IMG/VR virus record: IMGVR_UViG_3300021399_003599
Strand: one strand, 5' to 3'
Length of the DNA stretch: 64,000 nt
From: a virus
Lineage: Duplodnaviria; Caudoviricetes
This document shows positions 1 to 8,791 of this stretch, one piece after another. Below the pieces are notes generated by a model. The model did not search any database and was not told where the DNA came from. It was given only the letters and a program-made list of their open reading frames with translations. A program made the translations under genes and the position numbers. Positions within the stretch are counted from its first letter, which is position 1. Each line of letters begins with the position of its first letter.

Positions 1-3000
1 ATTGATATTAACGGAAATGCTGATACCACAGATGTTAAAATTTATGATATTATCCAAGAGTGTGTGAATCATTATGGAGAAGAAGATTTAGAGAATATTA
101 TAATTGACGATGTTCCTCTTCAAATAAAACAAGTTATGTCATGGAATAGTCCCACTCCTATTTATGGATATTATCAAACAGATACAAATACACAACAAGC
201 TAATTCTTATTTTTTGACATATGAAATTGACGATTCCGTTGTTGCTAATTATCAAACATATCAACAAGGAGATAACGTTGGTTACATTTACACAGATTTT
301 GTTTGGGTAGGAGAAGATTTAGTTGCGGCGCCTGGTGAAACAATCACCAGCATCCTAGATAAAATTAAATCTTTCTTAGGTAACTATGAATATTACTATG
401 ACGTATATGGAATATTTCATTTTCAAGAAATAAAAAATTATTTAAATACAACTCTTGCTAAAACAGTAACAGATATTCTAGAAGACACTAGATATATCAA
501 TAATATTCTTGGTCAATTAACAGAAAAAGATTATGTTATTGAAACTTCTGCACAAAAATCTGTATATAATTTTACAGACGGAAAAAATTTAACACAGCTA
601 ACAGTAAATCCTCAGTATGAAAATATTAGAAATGACTTTATTGTATTAGGTGAAACCGATGGAAATATTAAATCTAGCGTGCGGTATCACCTTGCTATTG
701 ACAACAAACCAGATACGAGTATAATTTACAATACGCCTATGATCTGCTATAAAAGATCAGACGGTTTAAAAGCTTTAAATATACCTGTCGCGGTTGATCA
801 AAGTAAAGTTGGAGCAGATGTAACTGCTTCTGTCTATAGTGATTTAAATACTTATAAAGATTTTTTAGATAAACAAAAACAAGATGCAATTAATCAAATA
901 AACGAACTCCAAAAACAAGAGGTTAATAATGCTTTTCAAACCTATTTAGATAGAGTTAATTCTGATGCATTAACAAGTAATCCTATATATACTTTTCAAG
1001 AAGACTTACAGTATCAAATAGTATCAGAAAATGGAAAAAATATTATTAAATTTAAAGATGGAGAAAATTATACTGATAATTGTCTTTATATAACAGATAG
1101 TCCATCTTGGTATGAAGAATATTTAAATCATATTGAAGAGTGTGAAAAAATAAAAGAGCAAGCTCAATTATTAAGTATTACACAAAACCAAATTACAGAA
1201 AGACATCAATTCGATTCACATTCTATGCTTCTTTTTGAGAGCGATCAAGAATTAAAAGAAAAAGCTTCTAAGTTAGAAGACGATTTATCTAAAGAAATTC
1301 TTTATTTTTCTGAGAACCATCCTCCGCAAGAAGATAAAGACTATAAAAAAGCTCAACTTGAAATTGCTATTGCTAATATTGCTAAGAATAGTATAGCAAA
1401 TAATTCTAATATTAACAATAATTATTCTTTAATTCATAAAATTGACACAAATACAAATGTTGAACAAGAGTTAAAACAAAAACAATTTGAAGAATGTGTT
1501 AGAGTCTTTATTCAAAACCAGATCTTACAAAAGACAGGCAATACTGGAATTATTTATTACTATAAAGATCCTTTTAGTGATGACTTCGATAAAAATATTT
1601 ATTTTTATTGGAATAATAATCATAAACAATATGAATTAATTGACTATATTGCAGAATATCCTGACGGATATCAAACAACAAATTGGCAAACCCATCTTTA
1701 TATTATGGGATTGATTAACCGTAATCTTGCTAAAGACAGTTCTCAATATCAAAACATTAAAAAGAGTATTATTAATAGTTCTTTTAATGTTTCTTCTACT
1801 CTTGGAAAACTTGTAAATGCAGATTATTATTTTGAAGAATTAAATGCATTTTGGCCTTTGGTATTTGACTTTGAAGCTAATGATTATTATGGGTCTAGCA
1901 TACACAAGGCTAATAACAATAATATATTGAATAATTTAAAAAATAAAAAAGAGATTTTAGAAAGTAATTTAGACATTGCTAAGGATATAAAAGAAGAAGC
2001 TGACGCGCAATCAATTGCGTTTTATACATACTTCTCTAAAGTAAAAGGAGAACTTGAAAAAGTAAATTCAACTATCAAAGATAACTTAGCATCAATAAAA
2101 ACAAGTCAATCAGATTATCGAAACTATACTTACTATAAACTAATCGCGGACCCTACTGTTTTACACTCTCCAACAAAATGGTTCCTTGATATATATGATT
2201 TTGCAAAAAATTTACATACTAATTTCTTTATGGGAAAAATTCCGGAGTCTGACTTCTTTAAAGATACTGATTATTTTATAGAAAATAATTTAGTAAATAG
2301 TGGTGAATTAGGAAATTCAGAAACATTTACTTCTCAAGTTTATCAAGAATTGTTACCTGCAGTTTATAATATTGTCACAACACTTCCAAGACTTTTATTA
2401 GACTGGATTAAAGATTGTCCTTACATATTAGGTATAGACGCAAGTAATCCAGATGCAACTCTTAATGAAGTAATTGACAATCAACAATTATGGTTTGAAA
2501 ATCAAAAAGAATCTTTTTATAAAATTCGCGGAAATGCTCAAACAATTTTTGAAGTTTTAATGCATACTAATGCAGGAGAAAAAATATTTGCAGAACAATA
2601 TTATGTTACTAAACAAAAGCTTGATCCTACAGCAATTCCTTTAACTTGGTTCTCTACTCTTGATAAAATTATAGAAATACTAGGGACAATGAAATCATTA
2701 TTAAATCCTACTTTCGATGAAGTAAAAGCAGTTTCAGAAAATGATAATGATAATCAGAAAGCAATAGTTTTAGAAAACGCAAAAATTTTTAACCCTTTAA
2801 TAGAGTCAAATCAATATTACTATGGCGAAGAAGATATATCTTTATTTAATGTAGAAGATATTTATAGTCGATGGCCCGCAATAAAAGAAAATTTAGTTGA
2901 CGCGCAAATAACTATTGACCCAAGAGATCCAGAAAATGAAACTTACCAACAATGGCTTCAAAGATGGTTCAATATAGCCCAAGAGCCAAAGAATTATTGG

Positions 3001-3606
3001 TTAACAAGACGTGACTATTGGGTAGATATGATTCAAACATTAACTGCGGCAATCGCTCAATGCGCGCAATCAATAGTGCAAGAAAACTTAAAACAAACTT
3101 CTAATCTATATGAGGGTGAATATTATCTTGACTTTATTGATCCTAGAGAATCTAAGATAGGAGAGTTTTGTGTTAACAACATCGGCCGCAGACAGTTAGT
3201 AGAAAAAAATACTAATATCAATTGTTTATTTGCTTTACCTATCCCTGACATTATTTTTATTAATGTAAATGCAGAGGACGCTTCTGAACAAGAGAATCAA
3301 GCTACTTCAAATGGATTAATATGGTCACAGGTTAGTCAAGAAATTTATCAGAACTTCGCTATTGGAGGATGGCGCAATCCTGCTTGGGAAGCAATTACAA
3401 ATAATTTATATTTACATACTACTTATCAAAAGACAGTTTCTATTACTGCACTTCCCGCATTCTATTTAGAACCCAATAGTAGGATAACTATTAATGATAG
3501 AAGTACTAACACATATGGTGATTATTTAATTACTTCTATTACTTTGCCTCTTGGTGCGGGCCAGCTTATGACCGCATCTGGATCTGAAATTCTTCAACAG
3601 CGATAA
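1..3606 (+). CDS. Large phage structural (tail/baseplate-type) protein, 5'-truncated by the window edge
   Basis: Frame is open from base 1 (IDINGNADTTDVKIYDIIQECVNHYGEE...), so the listed start at 64 is internal. The segments GETITSILDKIKSFLGNYEYYYDVYGIFHFQEIKNY and C-terminal PAFYLEPNSRITINDRSTNTYGDYLITSITLPL resemble phage tail/baseplate hub proteins; there are long coiled-coil insertions. Confidence 0.6.
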   Translation: MDINGNADTTDVKIYDIIQECVNHYGEEDLENIIIDDVPLQIKQVMSWNSPTPIYGYYQTDTNTQQANSYFLTYEIDDSVVANYQTYQQGDNVGYIYTDFVWVGEDLVAAPGETITSILDKIKSFLGNYEYYYDVYGIFHFQEIKNYLNTTLAKTVTDILEDTRYINNILGQLTEKDYVIETSAQKSVYNFTDGKNLTQLTVNPQYENIRNDFIVLGETDGNIKSSVRYHLAIDNKPDTSIIYNTPMICYKRSDGLKALNIPVAVDQSKVGADVTASVYSDLNTYKDFLDKQKQDAINQINELQKQEVNNAFQTYLDRVNSDALTSNPIYTFQEDLQYQIVSENGKNIIKFKDGENYTDNCLYITDSPSWYEEYLNHIEECEKIKEQAQLLSITQNQITERHQFDSHSMLLFESDQELKEKASKLEDDLSKEILYFSENHPPQEDKDYKKAQLEIAIANIAKNSIANNSNINNNYSLIHKIDTNTNVEQELKQKQFEECVRVFIQNQILQKTGNTGIIYYYKDPFSDDFDKNIYFYWNNNHKQYELIDYIAEYPDGYQTTNWQTHLYIMGLINRNLAKDSSQYQNIKKSIINSSFNVSSTLGKLVNADYYFEELNAFWPLVFDFEANDYYGSSIHKANNNNILNNLKNKKEILESNLDIAKDIKEEADAQSIAFYTYFSKVKGELEKVNSTIKDNLASIKTSQSDYRNYTYYKLIADPTVLHSPTKWFLDIYDFAKNLHTNFFMGKIPESDFFKDTDYFIENNLVNSGELGNSETFTSQVYQELLPAVYNIVTTLPRLLLDWIKDCPYILGIDASNPDATLNEVIDNQQLWFENQKESFYKIRGNAQTIFEVLMHTNAGEKIFAEQYYVTKQKLDPTAIPLTWFSTLDKIIEILGTMKSLLNPTFDEVKAVSENDNDNQKAIVLENAKIFNPLIESNQYYYGEEDISLFNVEDIYSRWPAIKENLVDAQITIDPRDPENETYQQWLQRWFNIAQEPKNYWLTRRDYWVDMIQTLTAAIAQCAQSIVQENLKQTSNLYEGEYYLDFIDPRESKIGEFCVNNIGRRQLVEKNTNINCLFALPIPDIIFINVNAEDASEQENQATSNGLIWSQVSQEIYQNFAIGGWRNPAWEAITNNLYLHTTYQKTVSITALPAFYLEPNSRITINDRSTNTYGDYLITSITLPLGAGQLMTASGSEILQQR

Positions 3607-3619
3607 AAGGAGATAATAA

Positions 3620-4732
3620 ATGAGTAAAATTTTAGCACAATTTTCAACAAGTGAACGCTTTGTTGAGAATGATCCTTTAGAAACAACTTATGCTTTGCTT
3701 CCAAATAATGAAACAACTAAAGATTTAGTTTATACTACAAGCACCACAGTTAATCAACCAAAGAATAAAGCTTACTACGTAAGAGCGAGTATGCCTTATA
3801 ATCAATATTCACCAACTGCTTTCCTTTTTAAAATTAGAAGTACTATTAATGAAAAAAATAGCAGTAGTGGTGTTGAAGATCCTAATATTTTAGACTATGA
3901 AAATGATACACATCAAGTTGTTAAGTATGCGGAAACTCCTTATAATAATTTAGGAACTACACAAAGCGTAAATTTTATTACTTGTAGTTATGATCGAGAT
4001 GGTGTTCGTCGTTATAACACATATACCTATCATCAATTAGAAACAGAAGCGGGACTTAATATTTCAGAGACTCAATTTAATAACATTCTTGAAGATGCTA
4101 ATGCGCAACTAGCAATAACTCAATATATTCAAGGTCAAGGGAGCTCTCTTACAAATGTTAGTTTTGATATTCAAGAATTAGATAATTCTAGTATTGATGG
4201 ATTAAGGAATTATATCATTTTTGATTTTATTTTTATTTCTAAGATTCCTTGGAATCAATTTATTTGCTGCTATGATCGTCGATATAGCGCGGATAAGCGT
4301 GTATTAAACGGGAACAATTCTAATATTTATGTACAGATATATCCTTTTAAAGAACATTCTGATTTAATTGATAATGGTAACGGTAAATTAGCTAGTTCAT
4401 CAAACCATACAATAAGTAAAGTTACAATAAGAGCTTATAATGGTGACACCCCATTAAAAGGAGTTCCTTTTTATATTAACAATCAGGGCCTTAAAACTGG
4501 ACCTGATGGAGAATATACTCTTAAAGATGTTCCTATTTATAATTTTGGTATACCTAATTTTGATGGCAACAAAAAGACTGAAACAGAGACAATATTCGTT
4601 CCAGATGGACCTACTACTACCGGTAGTACGGCTGGATCAGAAACTCATCCTTCTGAATCAGGCACTTCCACACAAGTAGAAGTACCTGCTTCATATCGTT
4701 ATGATATTGAATATGAATATGATAGTGATTAA
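3620..4732 (+). CDS. Hypothetical protein, probable virion structural protein
   Basis: 370-aa ORF with AAGGAG RBS, last gene of the operon, followed by a terminator. Confidence 0.5.
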   Translation: MSKILAQFSTSERFVENDPLETTYALLPNNETTKDLVYTTSTTVNQPKNKAYYVRASMPYNQYSPTAFLFKIRSTINEKNSSSGVEDPNILDYENDTHQVVKYAETPYNNLGTTQSVNFITCSYDRDGVRRYNTYTYHQLETEAGLNISETQFNNILEDANAQLAITQYIQGQGSSLTNVSFDIQELDNSSIDGLRNYIIFDFIFISKIPWNQFICCYDRRYSADKRVLNGNNSNIYVQIYPFKEHSDLIDNGNGKLASSSNHTISKVTIRAYNGDTPLKGVPFYINNQGLKTGPDGEYTLKDVPIYNFGIPNFDGNKKTETETIFVPDGPTTTGSTAGSETHPSESGTSTQVEVPASYRYDIEYEYDSD

Positions 4733-4739
4733 ATAAAGT

Positions 4740-4778
4740 AAAAAACCCTGTTATCTTAAAGATAACAGGGTTTTTTTT
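4740..4778. terminator. Bidirectional intrinsic terminator
   Basis: AAAAAACCCTGTTATCTT-aa-AGATAACAGGGTTTTTTTT between convergent genes. Confidence 0.9.
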
Positions 4779-4779
4779 A

Positions 4780-4962
4780 TTAGCTATTATTTCCACCAAT
4801 TTGACAAAGAGTTAATTCTTCATTTACAGTCTTAGCCATATACCATTGCATTTCATCTGTAGCTACGGCCAAATCTCCTTCTGACATTTCAGATAAATTT
4901 TTTAATAAATTTTCTTTAGTTCCTTGGTAGAAATTAATAAAATTTCCTTCTATTACTGACAT
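4780..4962 (-). CDS. Small hypothetical protein (fibre N-terminal-like domain)
   Basis: 60 aa with AAAGGAG RBS; NFYQG...GDLAVATD pattern shares NFYQG with 14041..14349. Confidence 0.6.
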   Translation of the reverse strand: MSVIEGNFINFYQGTKENLLKNLSEMSEGDLAVATDEMQWYMAKTVNEELTLCQIGGNNS

Positions 4963-4977
4963 AAGATCTCCTTTATG

Positions 4978-5014
4978 AAAAAAGGGATAATAGAATATAT
5001 ATTCTATTATCCCT
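4978..5014 (-). terminator. Intrinsic terminator (32-bp perfect palindrome)
   Basis: AGGGATAATAGAATAT/ATATTCTATTATCCCT at 4983-5014 with a U-tract on the - strand, directly after 5019..5285. Confidence 0.8.
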
Positions 5015-5018
5015 CGTT

Positions 5019-5285
5019 TTATTTATTAAGTTGTTCGGTTGAAATATCAATAACAAAATCTAAAATTGTTTGTTTTGATACGTCTTGTTCTTTTGCGCGA
5101 GCTGCTTTTAATACATCTAATAACATAGCTCCATGATGTTTTTCTTGATCAGCCATTGTCATAAACATTTTAGAGGCTTCAGGAAGACTTTTTTCCCATT
5201 TTTTAGCGCATTTTTGATACTGTTCTGCACCCTCTGATTCTTCCATAATCATTCCAACGAAGCCTTTAATATCTTCAATATTCAT
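5019..5285 (-). CDS. Half-ferritin/rubrerythrin-like helical protein
   Basis: 88 aa, helical; EE-x2-GA-x2-Y and DQEKHH (ExxH) resemble di-iron ligand motifs. Confidence 0.6.
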   Translation of the reverse strand: MNIEDIKGFVGMIMEESEGAEQYQKCAKKWEKSLPEASKMFMTMADQEKHHGAMLLDVLKAARAKEQDVSKQTILDFVIDISTEQLNK

Positions 5286-5296
5286 ACAAAAGCTCC

Positions 5297-5710
5297 TTAT
5301 TGACGTTCAGTGACAGTTGCGGCGTTATTTAAAACGACCTCTCCGCCAGTAAGTCTAAATTCTAATGTAGAAGATTCAGTATTACAACGACAACCTTGAA
5401 GTCTAATCATTGCGGGAAAGCTTAAATTAATAGTTGTATCTGCCGCAGCAACCGTTTCACTAGCAAGAGCTCCTGGCACGGCTACTCCATCTTGATATAG
5501 TTGGACAGTAATAGTACTTGCGGCGCTTGGTGTTAAGGTAAAAGAACCATTAAGGTCATAATACCCAGCTCCTTGTATTAAAATACCAAAACCATCTGTC
5601 CTGATATTAGATCCAAAACGTCTAACAGTCATGCCAACAGGAATACTAGCTCCATCTTGTAATGTTGGACTATTAGTATTAATACAATATAATGCAGATT
5701 TACAAGACAT
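5297..5710 (-). CDS. Beta-sandwich protein, BclA C-terminal/C1q-TNF-like
   Basis: 137 aa; GILIQGAGYYDLNGSFT and ITVQLYQDGVAVPGA patterns resemble BclA-CTD/C1q-like jelly rolls; Cys motifs MSCKS and GCRC. Confidence 0.5.
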   Translation of the reverse strand: MSCKSALYCINTNSPTLQDGASIPVGMTVRRFGSNIRTDGFGILIQGAGYYDLNGSFTLTPSAASTITVQLYQDGVAVPGALASETVAAADTTINLSFPAMIRLQGCRCNTESSTLEFRLTGGEVVLNNAATVTERQ

Positions 5711-5743
5711 AATTATATACCCCCAGTCAAATATGACTTATTT

Positions 5744-6448
5744 TTAAATATTGTTATATCCACAACCATTGTTACCACAGAAAGGAGAGGGGCCAGCATT
5801 GTAAGTGTAACCATTAGGATATCTTACTACATTTGATGTTGCTTCTCGAAGTTCAAGTTGACCAACGCGATCGCGCAGATTGGTAATTTCATTCTGATCC
5901 ATCTTACGTTCAAGCCTGTTACCAAGACCCTCAATAGCGTTCTGGGTTGCCATAGCACTCATTGCGGCATCATAACGATTCTGCGCGATGCCCGCGTTAA
6001 TGTTTGCGGCAATTTCTTGCAGTAGCATCTTAGTACTGCAGCAGCATTCATTCTGATTAGCAATTGATTGCTGGATAGCAGAATTAACACCTAGAACGTC
6101 ACGATCAAGTTCCGCATACTTATCCCCAATATACTGAACAGTATCATGGAAAGTTTGATTAGTTGCGGCAACCGCTTGAGCCGTACCAGAATTAACGGCC
6201 GAAAGGATTTCACGCTGATTAGCCATGGAATTTTGATTGTCAAATCCACGCTGAACCTCAGCGGAAGTAGCTAAATTTTCATAACCGATAGCATTAGCAA
6301 AACCATTATTGCCCCAGGCACCAAAGCCGCCATTTGCAAGGATGAGAAGAGCAAAAATCCACATAAATGAATTACTAGCCCAGTCACCACCATGACGATC
6401 AGTAAGTAAAGCAACATCAGAAGCTGACATACCATTGGAAGTATCCAT
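5744..6448 (-). CDS. Uncharacterised protein: hydrophobic Gly/aromatic segment, long coiled coil, CCC motif
   Basis: FMWIFALLILANGGFGAWGNNGF, heptad-rich Q/N/A region, NECCCST, C-terminal PFCGNNGCG; RBS GAAAGGCGG. Confidence 0.8.
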   Translation of the reverse strand: MDTSNGMSASDVALLTDRHGGDWASNSFMWIFALLILANGGFGAWGNNGFANAIGYENLATSAEVQRGFDNQNSMANQREILSAVNSGTAQAVAATNQTFHDTVQYIGDKYAELDRDVLGVNSAIQQSIANQNECCCSTKMLLQEIAANINAGIAQNRYDAAMSAMATQNAIEGLGNRLERKMDQNEITNLRDRVGQLELREATSNVVRYPNGYTYNAGPSPFCGNNGCGYNNI

Positions 6449-6453
6449 ATCCG

Positions 6454-6531
6454 GACCCGCCTTTCAGATAAGGAGATTCCTTTACAAGAATCTCAATTTA
6501 ACTTAATCCTTATATATCTGAAAGATAGGTC
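6454..6531 (-). promoter_or_regulatory. RBS-sequestering hairpin overlapping a candidate late promoter
   Basis: On the - strand GACCTATCTTTCAGATA (6531-6515) pairs with TATCTGAAAGGCGGGTC (6470-6454), which contains the RBS; inner GAGATTC/GAATCTC stem. Confidence 0.7.
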
Positions 6532-6558
6532 AATCAAATTATTTAATTATGTCCAATT

Positions 6559-6831
6559 TTATCTTAGCTGGCTAAGAATCTGATTTGGATCAACTCCCTT
6601 AGCTTTTGCAGCTGCATAGAATAAATCCTTATAACTCTGTCCTGCTTGCGCAGCTTGATTAACCATTGCAGCAACATTGGGATTTGATTGAAGCATGTTC
6701 ATCACCATTTGTTGCGGGTTGCCGCTATTCATTACTAAATTAAGAGCTTGCGCTATTGGATTGTTGCTGCCTGTTGGAGTTGGAGTTGGAGTTATTCTTT
6801 CCTGCATAGCTTGAAGAATAGGATTTACCAT
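6559..6831 (-). CDS. Small Q/N/M-rich helical protein (STI1/DP-repeat-like)
   Basis: 90 aa with repeated NP motifs (NPQQMVMNMLQSNPNVAAMV); GAGGAG RBS; overlaps the upstream gene by 92 bp. Confidence 0.7.
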   Translation of the reverse strand: MVNPILQAMQERITPTPTPTGSNNPIAQALNLVMNSGNPQQMVMNMLQSNPNVAAMVNQAAQAGQSYKDLFYAAAKAKGVDPNQILSQLR

Positions 6832-7213
6832 TATTAATCTTCTCCTCTATCTGTCGATACTGATCTTGTAACTGATTATATTGTTGTTCTATAGTTGCAA
6901 GACGATTTTCTAAAATATGATATTGATTTTGTTGTTGAGCTTGTTCAACTTCTTCTGCTGGTGTAATATAAAATTTATTTAGAGTAGGAAAACCACCGTC
7001 ATCAGTTGTTTTTAACCATACAACAGAATCCGTTTTATCTAGTAAAAGAATAGAAGACCCAGGTGGAATACTATAAGCTTGCGCGCCATCTTTTCCATAC
7101 ACTTCAGCTATATGAACTGCTAATTGTGGAACTTGATTTTGTGTCCAAGTTGGATTAGGCATATTTGGATTATTATAATTCCAATTTTGATTTGGATATC
7201 CTCCGTATGGCAT
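6740..7213 (-). CDS. Uncharacterised protein (low-complexity N-terminus, beta domain, coiled coil)
   Basis: 157 aa; AAGGAG RBS; core V-x-G-x2-GA-x-AY-x-IPPGSSILLLD...LKTTD. Confidence 0.75.
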   Translation of the reverse strand: MPYGGYPNQNWNYNNPNMPNPTWTQNQVPQLAVHIAEVYGKDGAQAYSIPPGSSILLLDKTDSVVWLKTTDDGGFPTLNKFYITPAEEVEQAQQQNQYHILENRLATIEQQYNQLQDQYRQIEEKINNGKSYSSSYAGKNNSNSNSNRQQQSNSASS

Positions 7214-7228
7214 AACTCCTTCTTTCTC

Positions 7229-8398
7229 TTATGAATTTAATAAAGCTAATAATGCTTGTAATTGAGTTTCATTAATTGTGGTCGAGCCGATGGTGATGCC
7301 GCCCGTGGAACTGACGGTGACGCCACCCGCCAGCCACTCGTTGCCGTTCCAGTCCAGCGTCCTGGCGTTGCTGCGCTTGCTATAGTCGCCGTTGCCGATG
7401 ATCTCGGCATACTTGTTGGCGGTGTCCTCGATGTTGTATCTACCGCCCGCGTGTTGATTCTGACTCGCCGCAATGGTGCCGTAACCCTCGGCGTGAGATT
7501 TTTGGCCGCTCGCGGTCGTGTTGTTACCCTCAGCGTGAGAGCACGCGCCACTTGCTGTCGTGCCGTTACCTTCGGCGTGAGAGTAATCGTTGCTTGCGGT
7601 CGTAGATTGTCCCTCAGCGTGAGAGGATTCGCTGCTGGCAATGGTGCTGCTACCTTCGGCATGGGAATCTGTGCCGCTCGCGGTCGTGTCGTAACCCTCG
7701 GCGTGAGATTTTTGGCCGCTCGCGGTAGTTCCTTTACCTTCGGCGTGAGACCACATGTCGCTTGCCACGTTTTCGGTGCTGTTGAACACGTCCGAGTTTT
7801 TCCCCGTGCCATTTGTAACTAGATGACCTTCAAAATACGCTGAATATGGGCCAATCTTTGAAAATGATGCCGCTCCGCTGATCTTGATCGTGAGCGGTCG
7901 CGATGTGTAGCCCTCTTTTGCAAAGAGTCCGGTGTCTTTCATGTATAGGAACGGCTCACCGGTATCCACGGATGGTGACCAGAATATAAATGCCGCTAGA
8001 TTCCCGATATACAGATTGCCGTTGCTTTCCTTGCACTCGACACTGTATGTCTCGCCGTCAAACTCGACCGTGTAAGTCATCCCCAATTCGATGTCTATGC
8101 TGCCAATGTCCGCGCCACCTGGATTACCGTGAGACATGTCTGGCGCAGCTATGGTCACTTCGCCCTCGTATAGCGTGTCATATCCAGTGATGCCGAACGG
8201 TCTGTTGGCGATGAATCCGCTCTCGCCATCGACGGCGTTCCAGTCGGCGCCGCCATTTGAACTTATTTGTTCAACAATATTAGAATCAAGCTTTTCTAAA
8301 GTAACAGCACCGTCTTGAATTTGATCTGTGCCAACACTTGTTATAGAAGATCCGCTGCCAGCATTTTTTCTAGCAAGAGCAATGTCAATAATATCCAT
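7229..8398 (-). CDS. Fibre/adhesin-like protein with 14-aa SHAEG (YadA head-like) repeats
   Basis: Likely start is ATG 8398 (MDIIDIALARK) with GGTGA SD and TAATG coupling; about seven SHAEGxxTxASG repeats; C-terminal RSNARTLDWNGNEWLAG. Confidence 0.75.
   Translation of the reverse strand: MDIIDIALARKNAGSGSSITSVGTDQIQDGAVTLEKLDSNIVEQISSNGGADWNAVDGESGFIANRPFGITGYDTLYEGEVTIAAPDMSHGNPGGADIGSIDIELGMTYTVEFDGETYSVECKESNGNLYIGNLAAFIFWSPSVDTGEPFLYMKDTGLFAKEGYTSRPLTIKISGAASFSKIGPYSAYFEGHLVTNGTGKNSDVFNSTENVASDMWSHAEGKGTTASGQKSHAEGYDTTASGTDSHAEGSSTIASSESSHAEGQSTTASNDYSHAEGNGTTASGACSHAEGNNTTASGQKSHAEGYGTIAASQNQHAGGRYNIEDTANKYAEIIGNGDYSKRSNARTLDWNGNEWLAGGVTVSSTGGITIGSTTINETQLQALLALLNS
7481..7750. repeat. 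42-bp period coding tandem repeats
   Basis: GTAACCCTCGGCGTGAGATTTTTGGCCGCTCGCGGT is exact at 7481-7516 and 7691-7726 (5 x 42 bp apart), with degenerate copies between. Confidence 0.9.
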
Positions 8399-8577
8399 TA
8401 TAACATCACCCACTTTTTACTAGAATTTAATATATATACATTTCCATCCGATAATACCAAACAATTTGTTCCCATAGGAGGATTAGTTTCCAAGAGTGCA
8501 GTTAAGTCTTCAACGTTATCAGCAATATAACTTATTTTACCATCAGGGCCATTGTTTTTTAAAACAGAATAACTCAT
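8398..8577 (-). CDS. 59-aa stand-alone copy of the shared N-terminal domain (absent from the ORF track)
   Basis: Translates as MSYSVLKNNGPDGKISYIADNVEDLTALLETNPPMGTNCLVLSDGNVYILNSSKKWVML; TAATG overlaps at both ends; clearly similar to the N-terminus of 8792..9802. Confidence 0.85.
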   Translation of the reverse strand: MSYSVLKNNGPDGKISYIADNVEDLTALLETNPPMGTNCLVLSDGNVYILNSSKKWVML

Positions 8578-8780
8578 TACAAATCACTCTCGTCTTTGTC
8601 TTGATTGTCATAAATCTGTTCAATCAGTTGCTCAAGTTCTGCTACTTGTTCATCTGTTAACACTCCTGCTTCTAACTGTTCATACATTCTCATAGTCCAA
8701 TATTCAACTTCTTGACCTTTAAGAATAGCAGACCGAATAGTTTTAAATACAATTCGTCTGCGGGCTTCGCTAACAATCAT
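8577..8780 (-). CDS. Small XkdX-like fibre-associated protein
   Basis: 67 aa; AGVLTDEQVAEL motif; follows a fibre-like gene; AGGAGG RBS. Confidence 0.55.
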   Translation of the reverse strand: MIVSEARRRIVFKTIRSAILKGQEVEYWTMRMYEQLEAGVLTDEQVAELEQLIEQIYDNQDKDESDL

Positions 8781-8791
8781 TTTAATCCTCC

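Noticed and set aside
7481-7750. Regularly spaced repeats resembling a CRISPR array
   Set aside because: 42-bp in-frame coding repeats (14 aa) without unique spacers; no cas genes
8398-8420. Possible -1 frameshift at T-AAA-AAG fusing the 59-aa domain to the SHAEG fibre
   Set aside because: The -1 frame is open, but the site is not a full slippery heptamer, the fusion would drop the conserved Trp, and the downstream ATG has its own GGTGA SD and TAATG coupling
7246-8530. Alternative-frame and antisense ORFs (7246..7812, 7262..7822, 7990..8190, 8136..8318, 8315..8530)
   Set aside because: Shadows of the GC-rich, repeat-containing fibre gene and the 59-aa gene; no RBS or recognisable motifs
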